Positions 44,049-53,799 of a stretch of DNA of 64,000 nt are shown here, one piece after another. This DNA comes from an uncultured delta proteobacterium. Its GTDB lineage: Bacteria; Desulfobacterota; Syntrophobacteria; Syntrophobacterales; Syntrophobacteraceae. The stretch spans positions 32,001 to 96,000 of the forward strand of contig CAWEHK010000039.1 of the NCBI GenBank assembly GCA_963808625.1. The letters run 5' to 3'. The position numbers were made by a program, and so were the translations under genes. The notes under the pieces were generated by a model. It worked only from the letters and a program-made list of their open reading frames with translations, was not told the origin of the DNA and ran no database searches. The stretch's first letter is position 1. Every line of letters begins with the position of its first letter.

Positions 44049-44642
44049 TCAGGCGCAAGCAAGCTGGCATTCATCCACGATCATGGTGCCTTCGTAAGCG
44101 AGCCAGGCACCCCGAATGTTCTTGTCTGCCGCTTGACCCGGAAAATGAAGGCGCAGGGCCTTTTCAATGCTATCCATGCTGATCAGGCCGGTGGCCCGTG
44201 AAAACCCCCCGAGAATGGTCGTATTGAAAAGCACTGCTCCCGACACAATCAGACCGGCTTCTTTCGCCCAGTCGGTAGCGTTGGTCGTGGCAATGTTGAC
44301 GGCCGTGTTCAGCTGAATCGCTTCAGGCAGCTTACCGGTGTTGACGATCACGATTCCATCCGGACGGATGCCGGAGGCCACATTAACCACCTTCAGCAGG
44401 GTTTCATCCAAAACGACCACGATATCGGGATATTCCACCAGCGAAAAGGTTTTGACCGGTTCCCGGCCAAATCGGTTCGAAGCTATGACCGGGGCCCCTC
44501 GTCGTTCCGCCCCGAAAAAGGGGGCCGCGGTCACCCCTTTGTAGCCCTCGTAGTAGGCTGCTTCCGCCAGGATCATCGCTGCGGTGACAGCTCCCTGCCC
44601 GCCGCGTCCATGCCATCTCACCTCGATATACTTTCGCTTCAT
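44049..44642 (-). CDS. porC: 2-oxoacid:ferredoxin oxidoreductase gamma subunit
   Basis: EVRWHGRGGQGAVTA, FGAERRGAPV. Confidence 0.88.
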   Translation of the reverse strand: MKRKYIEVRWHGRGGQGAVTAAMILAEAAYYEGYKGVTAAPFFGAERRGAPVIASNRFGREPVKTFSLVEYPDIVVVLDETLLKVVNVASGIRPDGIVIVNTGKLPEAIQLNTAVNIATTNATDWAKEAGLIVSGAVLFNTTILGGFSRATGLISMDSIEKALRLHFPGQAADKNIRGAWLAYEGTMIVDECQLACA

Positions 44643-44917
44643 CTTGATTTGTTCCCGCCTGTTATCTTAGAATGACACAGTAACGATATCACGCCCGGCA
44701 ATTCTCCTCTCACGGGACATCCGGCCCTCGCCGTGGGGGCTTAAGCAAAAATTTTCTGCGAGGCCGGAATCGCTCTATTTGAACTGCGCTCACGTTTAAT
44801 ATCCGGTTGCCAAACTTGAGTCAACAGGAGAAAGCGCCTTGCCGGGCGACGAGCGAGGGAATGGCAGCCTGTTTTGGTTATTCCTCACCGGTGCGGCCGC
44901 TATTATGGAGTCACATC

Positions 44918-46756
44918 ATGTTCCGGATTAAAAGCCTGCAGCAACGCCTGGCGATCTTCCTTCTGCTTCCGGTGGCGTTGTTGCTCTTTGCCATGATTTC
45001 CCTTGGCTTCAGCTATGCGAGGGAGAACCTGCTCACAGAATGGCGACAGGTCGCTATTCTCCAGTTGGGGCGGGCGGCCCATGCCATTGACATGCGTTTG
45101 AGTCACCCCAAGGAATGGTTGCAGATGTACCTGTATATCGGCGGCGATGATTATTCGGAATCCGTGCGCGAGCGTTTGGTGGAAGGCCTGAGAGAGATGG
45201 ATGGGGTGGCGCGTGTCAATGTGGTTTGGTTCGATCAAGGAATTCCTCCTCCTGAAGCGGGTGGCCGGGGCTTTTCCCGAGGTCAGGGAGGCCATGGCAT
45301 GGGGATGGGGAGCAGCAGGGGAGGCATGCACTTCAGACGAACCGGGCCCATCGAGATTTCGTCTCCGCGTTACGATTCCCTCGTCGATCATGAGACGATT
45401 TCATTGACGGCGGACCTTACGAGAGAAGACGGGGAGATTTTTGGTAAGCTCGAAGTGGCCATTCGCTTTGACTATCTCGTTGAAGATGTCAAATCCTCAA
45501 AATGGTGGCAGAGCGGTAAAGCTTTTCTGGTTGATCAGACGGGGAAGGTGCTCTTCTGTAATGATCCTGAGCAGCGCAGACAACTGGGGAACTCCGACGA
45601 TCCTCTGGAACGGGCGACCCTGGAGGCCATGCAGCGAAGGCCTTTCGGCACGCTGTTCGGGCAAGGTCATCCACCGCATGAGGTGAGCGGTTTTTTTAAA
45701 CTGAGAGAAGCCCCCTGGTCTATTGTTGTCATGGCACCCGGAAAGGAGCTCCTCGCTCCCATTCTTCGCTTTCGAAATTACTTCTTTGCCGGCGGCGCCG
45801 TTTTTTTCCTTTTCATCCTCCTGCTGATGCGGCTGATTACCGGGCACACGGTATCCTCCATTAAGGCGGTGGCCAGGGCCGCCGAAAAGATTGCCACCGG
45901 GGCCCCCACGCCGCACTTGCCGGTGAAGACACAGGACGAGGTGGGACAGTTGATCGAGAGCTTCAACACCATGGCCCTTCAGCTCGAAGAGCGCATCCGG
46001 TTGAAGGAGGCGCTGGACCTGGCAATGCAGGTGCAGCAGAGCCTCCTCCCGAAGGACGCTCCGCAAACCGAAGGCTTGGACATTGCCGGCAGGAGCATTT
46101 ACTGCGACGAAACGGGAGGCGACTATTACGATTTTCTGGAGTTTTCCGAGCTCGAAGGACGTCTTGGTGTGGTCGTGGGCGATGTCGCCGGCCACGGTAT
46201 CGCCGCTGCCCTGATCATGGCCACGGTGCGGTCGCTCCTCCGCAGCCGGGTAACGCAACCGGGTACTCTTTCCGAGATAATCACGGACGTCAATCGCCTG
46301 CTCTGTCTGGATACTTCCCAGACGGCAAGCTTCATGACCCTCTTTTTCATGCTGGCGGACCGTGTCAACCGCAAGATCAATTGGGTGCGGGCCGGTCACG
46401 ACCCGGCAATCATCTATGACACCGCGAGCGACCTCTTCAGCGAACTGCGTGGCAGCGGCATCGCCCTGGGGGTTGATGAAACCCTCGTTTTTCATGAATA
46501 CGAATATGGTGGCTGGGCTGATGGTCAAATCATGGTCATCGGCACCGACGGCATTTGGGAAGCGGAGAACGATCACGGGGAGATGTTTGGAAAGGACCGC
46601 CTGCGCGAGCTCATGCGAGAACGCCGAGACGATTCCGCGCAGGAAATTCTGCAGACCATCACCGAAGCCCTTACCGAATTCCGTCGAACCGCACCGCAGC
46701 AGGACGACATAACTCTGGTTGTGGTCAAAACTGAATCCTTGCCCAGGCACATCTGA
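44918..46756 (+). CDS. Membrane sensor phosphatase (Cache-HAMP-SpoIIE/PP2C)
   Basis: Two TM helices, HAMP DEVGQL, GGDYYD, GDVAGHG, TDGIWE, DDIT. Confidence 0.9.
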   Translation: MFRIKSLQQRLAIFLLLPVALLLFAMISLGFSYARENLLTEWRQVAILQLGRAAHAIDMRLSHPKEWLQMYLYIGGDDYSESVRERLVEGLREMDGVARVNVVWFDQGIPPPEAGGRGFSRGQGGHGMGMGSSRGGMHFRRTGPIEISSPRYDSLVDHETISLTADLTREDGEIFGKLEVAIRFDYLVEDVKSSKWWQSGKAFLVDQTGKVLFCNDPEQRRQLGNSDDPLERATLEAMQRRPFGTLFGQGHPPHEVSGFFKLREAPWSIVVMAPGKELLAPILRFRNYFFAGGAVFFLFILLLMRLITGHTVSSIKAVARAAEKIATGAPTPHLPVKTQDEVGQLIESFNTMALQLEERIRLKEALDLAMQVQQSLLPKDAPQTEGLDIAGRSIYCDETGGDYYDFLEFSELEGRLGVVVGDVAGHGIAAALIMATVRSLLRSRVTQPGTLSEIITDVNRLLCLDTSQTASFMTLFFMLADRVNRKINWVRAGHDPAIIYDTASDLFSELRGSGIALGVDETLVFHEYEYGGWADGQIMVIGTDGIWEAENDHGEMFGKDRLRELMRERRDDSAQEILQTITEALTEFRRTAPQQDDITLVVVKTESLPRHI

Positions 46757-46901
46757 GCTCGAAGTCTCTCTGAGCTCGAGGTCTCAAAGTTCCCATTTGC
46801 TTTCGTGTGAAGATTATTATATTGTGTTCGAGTGTCTGAGGAAGACGGGCTTGATCTCAATATTTACGAATGTTAGCCAGAACTCGAGAGGAGAAGGGAA
46901 G

Positions 46902-47084
46902 ATGACGGAAAAAAGGGAAGTTTGTCACTGTGAAAAATGTGGTAACGAGGCAGAAATGACCGTAACGTGTGAGTTACTCGAGGTTGAAGTTGCGCCCAAA
47001 GTGGTCAAGAAGCAGGAAAAGCAGCATCGGGTGTGTTCGGTATGCGGCAATGAAGCCGATATGATCATCGACTTTGGCGAGTAG
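46902..47084 (+). CDS. Small CxxC-x2 metal-binding protein (60 aa)
   Basis: CEKCGNEAEM ... CSVCGNEADM; purine-rich RBS. Confidence 0.7.
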   Translation: MTEKREVCHCEKCGNEAEMTVTCELLEVEVAPKVVKKQEKQHRVCSVCGNEADMIIDFGE

Positions 47085-47335
47085 CGAAGCCTCTTTTCTG
47101 CCATCACTTTATATTTTGGGCGTCGGAAGAGCAAACCCGGCGCCCAAAGTGTTTTATCAAAAGTCCATCCCCCCTGATAGGGCGGTCCTGCCTCGCTCAT
47201 CGGTAATCCTGTAGACCTCAAAAGCCAGAAAGCGGTCTGTGCCTGCGGGTGCGGTGGTCAGCAATTCAAAGACCCGGACGGAGGGAGGAGTGAGCATATG
47301 GTGGCTCTCAAAGGGGCGATGCCAGGGTCTCCTGG

Positions 47336-47569
47336 TTAGGCTTGCTGCTCCGGTGTCTTTTTGCTTTTGCTTTTCTTGGTCGAGCTGGGCTTTTTTTCTT
47401 TCTTTGGTTTCGTGCTTTTCTTTGAGGTGCTTTTCTTTGCCGTGCTCTTTTTTGCCTGCCCCTCCTCGGTCATCTGCCCCGAGGTTCCCTGTGCTGAAAC
47501 ACTGATAGGAACTACAAACGTACCTGCAGTAAACAGAATTGCAACCAACATCGATAACATTTTTTTCAT
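47336..47569 (-). CDS. Small secreted Lys-rich protein
   Basis: Signal peptide MKKMLSMLVAILF...VSA; RBS AAGGAG. Confidence 0.7.
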   Translation of the reverse strand: MKKMLSMLVAILFTAGTFVVPISVSAQGTSGQMTEEGQAKKSTAKKSTSKKSTKPKKEKKPSSTKKSKSKKTPEQQA

Positions 47570-47731
47570 CCCAAACTCCTTTTCTGTAATTCGTTAACCC
47601 TCGCCCCTTTGAGAGTGTAACGGAAATGGTTGGCTGCATACTTATTCTTGAGGCAAGCGTCTGTCTAGCCGGAAAACCCTGATTATCAGCGTCGAAATGC
47701 CTGATTCTGACTTTCGGAAATCCTGACGGGG

Positions 47732-47878
47732 GATTTCGGATGTCGGATTTCGGATGTCGGATTTCGGATTTGGGATGTGGGATGTGGGATGTGGGATGTG
47801 GGATGTGGGATTTCGGATGTCGGATGTCGGATGTGGGATGTGGGATGTCGGATGTCGGATTTCGGGTGTGTGATGTGG
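47732..47878 (+). repeat. GATnnnG heptamer array (about 21 units)
   Basis: In-phase GATTTCG/GATGTCG/GATGTGG units. Confidence 0.92.
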
Positions 47879-48014
47879 GATGGAAATTTGTGATGTTGCT
47901 TGTCGCAAACCCTGATGGAGACGAGCAGACCTGCGTCATCTCCAGAGAGCCTGAACGCAGGGTGGCAAAGTCCCTGGCAGGCTGTCGGAAATATCTCGCA
48001 AAGGCCCACTGTCC

Positions 48015-48083
48015 GTCATTCCGGTGAAAACCGGAATCCAGGCTCTGCAAGGCTCTCTGGACCCCGGCTTCTGCTGGGGTGAC
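48015..48083. repeat. Palindromic repeat, copy 2
   Basis: Same 27-nt GTCATTCCGGTGAAAACCGGAATCCAG core as at 37848. Confidence 0.8.
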
Positions 48084-48110
48084 GTTGAAAGCGGGTATTT
48101 CAACACCCGG

Positions 48111-48512
48111 CTAAGGTTCGGTCGATTCACCGAAGTCCCTGGTCCACTGTTCGATTTCTTTGTAAATGGAGCCCTTCGGGTAGAAGTCAAGAGCGCCCAT
48201 CTGCTTGATGCGGACCATGTCTTCGTCGGGCAGGAAGCCGCCGGCGGTGACCCGGATGTGGGAAACTCCATTTTCATCCAGCAGTTTGAAAAGCCGGGCG
48301 AAGTCTTCAAGGTTGGCTCCCGGCAGGGTGGTGATCCCGATATGATCAACGGCTTCCTGGATTGCCGAGGCGACGATCGCCCGGGGATCTTGAAGATCGG
48401 TGTAGACGACCTCAAAGCCGGCCTCGCTGCAGGCACCGGCAAGTTTGAGCATGGCGTTCTCATAACCGCTGCCGAACCTCGCAATCAAAACCCTGAGCTT
48501 TCTCCTGGCCAT
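48111..48512 (-). CDS. Stand-alone cobalamin-binding-domain protein (methylmalonyl-CoA mutase C-terminal-like)
   Basis: RVLIA...AGFEVVY...AIQEAVD...AGGFLPDED; DxHxxG motif absent. Confidence 0.75.
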   Translation of the reverse strand: MARRKLRVLIARFGSGYENAMLKLAGACSEAGFEVVYTDLQDPRAIVASAIQEAVDHIGITTLPGANLEDFARLFKLLDENGVSHIRVTAGGFLPDEDMVRIKQMGALDFYPKGSIYKEIEQWTRDFGESTEP

Positions 48513-48657
48513 GAGCTGGTCCTTTCAAATTGATTGGGTAATGGGCTGGTCTGTTGACTGAGAAAAGGCGGTGCGCCAACGTTGCTATCAGGGTGAGAAT
48601 TAGTCGCGGGACGGGCAAAAGTCAAATATTTCCGCGCAGGAATTCCCGCACTTTCGA

Positions 48658-48701
48658 ATGTCACGCAAACTCACACCTGCCGTAACAAGACTGTAACAAT
48701 C
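48658..48701 (+). promoter_or_regulatory. Pho boxes upstream of pstS
   Basis: ATGTCAC (48658), CCGTAAC (48680), CTGTAAC (48691): multiples of 11 bp. Confidence 0.7.
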
Positions 48702-48804
48702 GCCTTTTAAACTCTTATCGAAAGTCGCGGTGCGCCGGGTTTTTGAGCAACATTTGGGAGCATGACAAATAGCAAACGAGAATGGAAAGGTATAGAGGAG
48801 TGGC

Positions 48805-49623
48805 ATGATGAGAGCGAAGTGGCTGGTTTTGGCTGCAGTATCTTTGGTATGTTTGATGGCAGGCGGCGCCTCGGCAGGGACGATCCGGATGGATGGGTCG
48901 ACGACGGTGTTGCCGATCGCACAGAAGCTCGTGGAAGCTTACATGAAAGAACATCCCGAGGTGAACATCAGTGTCTCCGGAGGCGGCTCGGGGAACGGGA
49001 TCAAAGCACTCATTGACGGGACTACCAACATTGCCAATAGTTCCCGTTTTATGAAGGATGAGGAGGTCAAACTGGCCTTCGAAAAAGGGGTCTATCCGGT
49101 GCCTTTCGCCATTGCCTATGACTGTATTGTTCCTGTGGTGCATCCCGATAATCCCCTTACCGATATTTCCATGGCCCAGCTCAAGGCGATCTACATGGGT
49201 GAGATCAAGAACTGGAAGGAAGTGGGTGGTCCGGATAGAGAAATTGTCGTCATCTCACGGGATACTTCATCCGGTACCTATGAGGTGTGGGAAGAGAAAG
49301 TAATGAAGAAGGAACGCGTCTATGCGGGGGCTCTGCTGCAGGCTTCCAGCGGGGCGGTGGCGCAGGCCGTTTCCAAAAATAAGAATGCACTCGGCTACCT
49401 TGGCATCGGTTACGTGGATAAGAGTGTGAAGGCGCTCACCGTGAATGGTATCCAGGGGAATGAGGAAACGGCGCTCAGCGGAAAATTTCCTGTCTCCCGT
49501 GCGCTCTTCATGTTCACTCAGGGATGGCCGAGTGGAGACATCCTCAATTTTATCAACTACGTCCTCAATCCGCAGAAGGGGCAGAAATTCGTGCACGAGG
49601 CCGGATTCGTTCCGTTGTATTAA
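48805..49623 (+). CDS. pstS: Phosphate ABC transporter binding protein
   Basis: DGSTT, GGGSGNG, SRDTSSGT. Confidence 0.95.
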   Translation: MMRAKWLVLAAVSLVCLMAGGASAGTIRMDGSTTVLPIAQKLVEAYMKEHPEVNISVSGGGSGNGIKALIDGTTNIANSSRFMKDEEVKLAFEKGVYPVPFAIAYDCIVPVVHPDNPLTDISMAQLKAIYMGEIKNWKEVGGPDREIVVISRDTSSGTYEVWEEKVMKKERVYAGALLQASSGAVAQAVSKNKNALGYLGIGYVDKSVKALTVNGIQGNEETALSGKFPVSRALFMFTQGWPSGDILNFINYVLNPQKGQKFVHEAGFVPLY

Positions 49624-49658
49624 CGCGATCAAAACGAGGATCGAAGGCGGAGAAAAAC

Positions 49659-49740
49659 GGGGGCGGGGATAAACCCCGCCGCTACAGGGTATGGGGATGG
49701 TGGTGGTCAGGCGCGTTAGGGGCGGACTTTAAGTCCGCCT
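49659..49740. repeat. GTAG-type REP-like doublet between pstS and pstC
   Basis: GGCGGGG-ATAAA-CCCCGCC-GCTAC and TAGGGGCGGACTTTAAGTCCGCC. Confidence 0.65.
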
Positions 49741-49811
49741 GAGCAGGTTTGAATGACGGATACTGGCGGTTCTCTCGCATCATAGGGCAGGGAAGGCAGC
49801 GTGAAGGGTAA

Positions 49812-50708
49812 GTGAAGGTGAAAACGCACCAAACCGGAGACAAGCTCATTGGTCTGGGATTTTTGGTGATAGCGTCCATTTCTATTCTGGTGCTTTTCAT
49901 GATCCTCGTATTCCTCTTTGTGGAAGGCCTGCCCATACTCAAAAAAGTGTCCGTATGGGGTTTCATTTTTGGACAGGAATGGTATCCCACCTCGTCACCT
50001 CCCGACTTTGGCATATTTCCGTTGTTGGCAGCTTCTCTTGCGGTCACCTTCCTCTCCGCGCTCATGGCCATCCCCCTGGGAGTCATGACGGCCATCTATC
50101 TTGCTGAAATCGCTTCGGCCCGGATTCGTGAGATCATTAAGCCCGTCGTTGAGTTATTGGCGGCCTTGCCGTCAGTCGTCATCGGCTTTTTTGGCATGGT
50201 CGTGGTGGCTCCCTTCTTACAGGATACGCTTGATCTTGCGACCGGATTGAACCTTTTTAACGCCGCGTTGATGCTGGCTTTCATGTCGGTCCCCACGATC
50301 TGCAGCATCTCCGAGGATGCGATTTACAGCGTCCCGCGGGAACTGAAGGAAGCCTCGCTGGCGCTGGGGGCCACGCACTGGGAGACCATCCGCCGGGTCT
50401 TGGTTCCGGCCTCTTTATCGGGAATCAGTACGGCCGTTATCCTGGGGATGTCTCGCGCCATCGGTGAAACCATGGTCGTGCTGATGGTAGCAGGCGGGGC
50501 GGCGATGATCCCGACCTCCATATTCAAGCCGGTGCGGCCCATGCCGGCGAGTATCGCGGCGGAAATGGCCGAGGCCCCGTTTCGCGGAGATCACTATCAT
50601 GCGTTGTTTGCGATCGGCATTGTGCTTTTCCTTTTTACCCTGTGTTTCAATCTGGTGGCGGATCACATTGCCCAGAAACACAAGCAGGTGGGGGCGGCTA
50701 CCCTTTGA
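49812..50708 (+). CDS. pstC: Phosphate ABC transporter permease
   Basis: ELLAALPSVVIG, EASLALGAT, SRAIGETM. Confidence 0.95.
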   Translation: MKVKTHQTGDKLIGLGFLVIASISILVLFMILVFLFVEGLPILKKVSVWGFIFGQEWYPTSSPPDFGIFPLLAASLAVTFLSALMAIPLGVMTAIYLAEIASARIREIIKPVVELLAALPSVVIGFFGMVVVAPFLQDTLDLATGLNLFNAALMLAFMSVPTICSISEDAIYSVPRELKEASLALGATHWETIRRVLVPASLSGISTAVILGMSRAIGETMVVLMVAGGAAMIPTSIFKPVRPMPASIAAEMAEAPFRGDHYHALFAIGIVLFLFTLCFNLVADHIAQKHKQVGAATL

Positions 50709-50722
50709 CAAGGCTGGCAGAA

Positions 50723-51694
50723 ATGGCGCTCATGGACTCTCAGCCCGGCAGTGCTCACGGTGACCTTTCGCATGAAAGCGACAAGGCGGGCTCGCAAGGC
50801 AAACATGGCAGCAATGTCCTGGCGGCATCGCAGAGTGGATCTCTTACCCGCAATCGTCGCTGGGTCCAGGCCGGCTTTTTCAGCCTGTTCCGCATTGCGG
50901 CCATGATCAACGGGCTGGCCCTTTTCATCGTCGTTGCTTTTCTGCTCGTGAATGGCTGGCGTGCCATCAACTGGACCTTTCTCAGCCAGATGCCCCTGGA
51001 TTCCATGACCCGGGGAGGCATCTTCCCCTGTATCGTAGGCACCTTTTTCCTGAGCTTTGGAGCCATGATCGTGGCGTTTCCGTGGGGCGTGGCGTCGGCG
51101 ATCTACCTCCATGAATATGCACGGCCCGGAACGATATTGCGTGTGGTCCGCCTTGGGATCAATAATCTTGCGGGGGTGCCATCGATTGTGTTCGGCCTTT
51201 TCGGGCTGGCCTTTTTTGTGATCTGGTGCAATCTAAAGGTAAGTCTGCTGTCCGGCGCTCTGACGCTCGGGGCGCTTATCCTGCCGGTCATTATCGGCAC
51301 GGCCGAGGAAGCTCTGCGGGCGGTTCCGGCAACCTACCGGGAAGCGTCTCTCGCCCTGGGGGCCACGAAGTGGCAGACCATCTACCGCGTGGTTTTGCCC
51401 GCGGCTTTTCCCGGGATGTTAACCGGATGTATCCTTGGCGTCAGCCGGGCAGCGGGAGAAACCGCGGCCATTATGTTCACCGCCGCCGTATTCTTCACGC
51501 GCCAATTGCCTTCCTCGTTCTTTGATCCGGTGATGGCGCTGCCGTATCACATTTACGTCCTCGCCACTGCGGGAACCCAAATTGAACTCACCCGCCCGCT
51601 CCAATACGGCACGGCCCTGGTGCTCATCGCCCTGGTTTTCAGTATGAACCTGATTGCGATCTTCTTTCGCGCCCGCCTGCAACGAAGGTTTTGA
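50723..51694 (+). CDS. pstA: Phosphate ABC transporter permease
   Basis: LAGVPSIVFGLFG, EASLALGATKW, SRAAGETA. Confidence 0.93.
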   Translation: MALMDSQPGSAHGDLSHESDKAGSQGKHGSNVLAASQSGSLTRNRRWVQAGFFSLFRIAAMINGLALFIVVAFLLVNGWRAINWTFLSQMPLDSMTRGGIFPCIVGTFFLSFGAMIVAFPWGVASAIYLHEYARPGTILRVVRLGINNLAGVPSIVFGLFGLAFFVIWCNLKVSLLSGALTLGALILPVIIGTAEEALRAVPATYREASLALGATKWQTIYRVVLPAAFPGMLTGCILGVSRAAGETAAIMFTAAVFFTRQLPSSFFDPVMALPYHIYVLATAGTQIELTRPLQYGTALVLIALVFSMNLIAIFFRARLQRRF

Positions 51695-51790
51695 TGTCGG
51701 ATGTCGGATTTCGGATTTCGGATTTCGGATGTCGGATTTCGGATGTCGGATTTCGGATTTGGGATTTCGGATTTCGGATTTGAGATGTGG
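51693..51790 (+). repeat. GATnnnG heptamer array (14 units), left arm
   Basis: First unit overlaps the pstA stop (TGATGTCG); ends 16 nt from the four-helix-bundle stop. Confidence 0.95.
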
Positions 51791-51806
51791 GATTATTGAG
51801 GTTTCA

Positions 51807-52169
51807 TCATTGCTGAGGCTTGGGAGATTTGGTGCTTTTTCCGGTTGCAACAAAGATGGATAGCAATTCATCACACTCCTTTTGCATTGGCTCCAGGACA
51901 TCATGAGCGAGCAAATCCATTTCGGCCAACAATTCCAGCCAGTACAAGGTCTCATCTGCTTCCTGTTCGACGATTCCGATCTTGGAAATGAAATCAGCTC
52001 GGGATCGAGCTCTGCAAGCTTCCCTGTAATTCGCTCCAATGCTTGTACCGGACTTCAAGAGCTGATAGCCGACTACGTCGGTTGTTCTGTTCTTCGGCAA
52101 AGAGGCTACCAGCTCGATAACCTTTATAGCGAACTCTTTAGTGCGCCTCCGAAGGTCCTCCCTATTCAT
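51807..52169 (-). CDS. Four helix bundle protein (23S rRNA-IVS protein / Avd-like family)
   Basis: QLLKSGTSIGANYREA...SRADFISK...EADETLYWLELL; RBS AGGAG. Confidence 0.92.
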   Translation of the reverse strand: MNREDLRRRTKEFAIKVIELVASLPKNRTTDVVGYQLLKSGTSIGANYREACRARSRADFISKIGIVEQEADETLYWLELLAEMDLLAHDVLEPMQKECDELLSIFVATGKSTKSPKPQQ

Positions 52170-52253
52170 GATCTGCTCCTAAACCTCCGTTCAAATTCCC
52201 CGTTTTCCATACAGAAATCCAAAACCAATCTGACACATCCCACAGTTGCGACC

Positions 52254-52343
52254 CGATATCCAACATCCCACATCCTCCATCCGCAATCCGCAATCCACCA
52301 TCCACCATCCCCAATCCGAAATCCGAAATCCGAAATCCCCAAT
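52254..52343 (-). repeat. GATnnnG heptamer array (12-13 units, minus strand), right arm
   Basis: In-phase CnnnATC units on plus strand, abutting the phoU stop at 52344. Confidence 0.9.
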
Positions 52344-53003
52344 TCATTCCTGGCAATGGTGCTTGATGTTGACTCCCTTGTTGATAAAGATGACACTCTC
52401 GGCAATGTTCGTCGCCTGATCGGCAACGCGCTCCAGGCAGCGGGCGGCGATGATCGTTTGCACTGACCTTTCCACGGCCGGGAGCTCTTCGACCATATAC
52501 TCCAGGAGATCCTTAAGGACTCTGACATTCATATCATCGGCGGCATCGTCCATCTGGCAGACCTCCATTGCCTCCTCTGAGTTCTCATTAACAAAAGCGT
52601 GAATAACAGTGCGGAACATGTCGAGAGCAATCTGTCCCAGCTGTTCCATGGCCGGATTGGGGGGCAAGGGCGGTCTGCTGCTCAGGAATTGCGCTCGCTG
52701 CGCGATGTTGACCGCCTGGTCTCCGGTCCGTTCCAGATCCACCGCAATCCTCATACACCCGACGATAAAGCGCAAGTCGCGGGCCATTGGCTGATCCAGG
52801 GCGAGGAGGCGCAGGGATTGCCTGTCGATGTTGACTTCTAACATGTTGATCTCCTGATCGCCCCCGACAACCTCATCGGCCAGTTGCATGTCACGTTCGA
52901 GAATGGCTCGAATGGACTTCTCCAGAGCCCTTTCCGACAAAGCAGCCATCTGCAGTATCATCATTTTGAGCTCTTCCAATTCCTTATGAAAACGGCTATC
53001 CAT
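52344..53003 (-). CDS. phoU: Phosphate signalling protein PhoU
   Basis: QPMARDLR, DLERTGD, LERVADQATNIAE. Confidence 0.95.
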   Translation of the reverse strand: MDSRFHKELEELKMMILQMAALSERALEKSIRAILERDMQLADEVVGGDQEINMLEVNIDRQSLRLLALDQPMARDLRFIVGCMRIAVDLERTGDQAVNIAQRAQFLSSRPPLPPNPAMEQLGQIALDMFRTVIHAFVNENSEEAMEVCQMDDAADDMNVRVLKDLLEYMVEELPAVERSVQTIIAARCLERVADQATNIAESVIFINKGVNIKHHCQE

Positions 53004-53014
53004 TTGCTAGACTC

Positions 53015-53777
53015 CTAACCGAAGCGGCCAGTGATATAATCTTCGGTCTGCCGAATCTTGGGTTTTGTGAAAAGGGTTTCGGTTGCATCCATCTCAATAA
53101 GCTTGCCCATGTAGAAAAAAGCCGTGTAATCGGATACTCGTGCAGCCTGCTGCATATTGTGCGTAACGATGACGATGGTGTAAGTCGCCTTAAGTTGATC
53201 AATCAACTCTTCAATTTTCTGGGAGGCGATGGGGTCAAGCGCCGAGGCGGGTTCATCCATGAGCAGGATTTCCGGTTCCACGGCGAGGGCGCGGGCGATA
53301 CAGAGGCGCTGCTGCTGGCCCCCGGAAAGGCTAAGCGCAGAACCATGGAGCCGATCCTTGACCTCATCCCACAAGGCTGCCTGCCGCAGGCTCTGTTCCA
53401 CGCGTTCGGCGACGAACAGTCGATCCTTGACTCCGTTCACCCGCAAGCCGTAGGCTACGTTTTCAAAGTTGGTCTTCGGAAAAGGGTTCGGCTTTTGAAA
53501 GACCATGCCCACCCGGCGCCGCAGGCTCACCACATCCACTTTCGGATCGTTGATGTTCTCGCCCATCCAAGATGATTTCGCCCTCCACCCGACTGGTTGG
53601 AACGAGATCATTCATCCGGTTCAGGCAGCGCAGGAAGGTGCTCTTGCCGCAACCTGACGGGCCAATAAGAGCGGTCACCTGATTCTCATAGAAGTCGAGA
53701 GATATATCCTGCAATGCATGAAAATCACCATAATAAAAATCGAGGTGCTTTGCTGCGATCTTCACGAGCGTATTCAT
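53015..53777 (-). CDS. pstB: Phosphate ABC ATPase (frameshift near 53565)
   Basis: [33 protein letters not shown]. Confidence 0.93.
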
Positions 53778-53799
53778 TTCCTTATCCTTAGTTTTAAAG

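Noticed and set aside
46752..46785. 17-bp tandem duplication at the phosphatase stop as an insertion scar
   Set aside because: Only two imperfect copies and no associated element.
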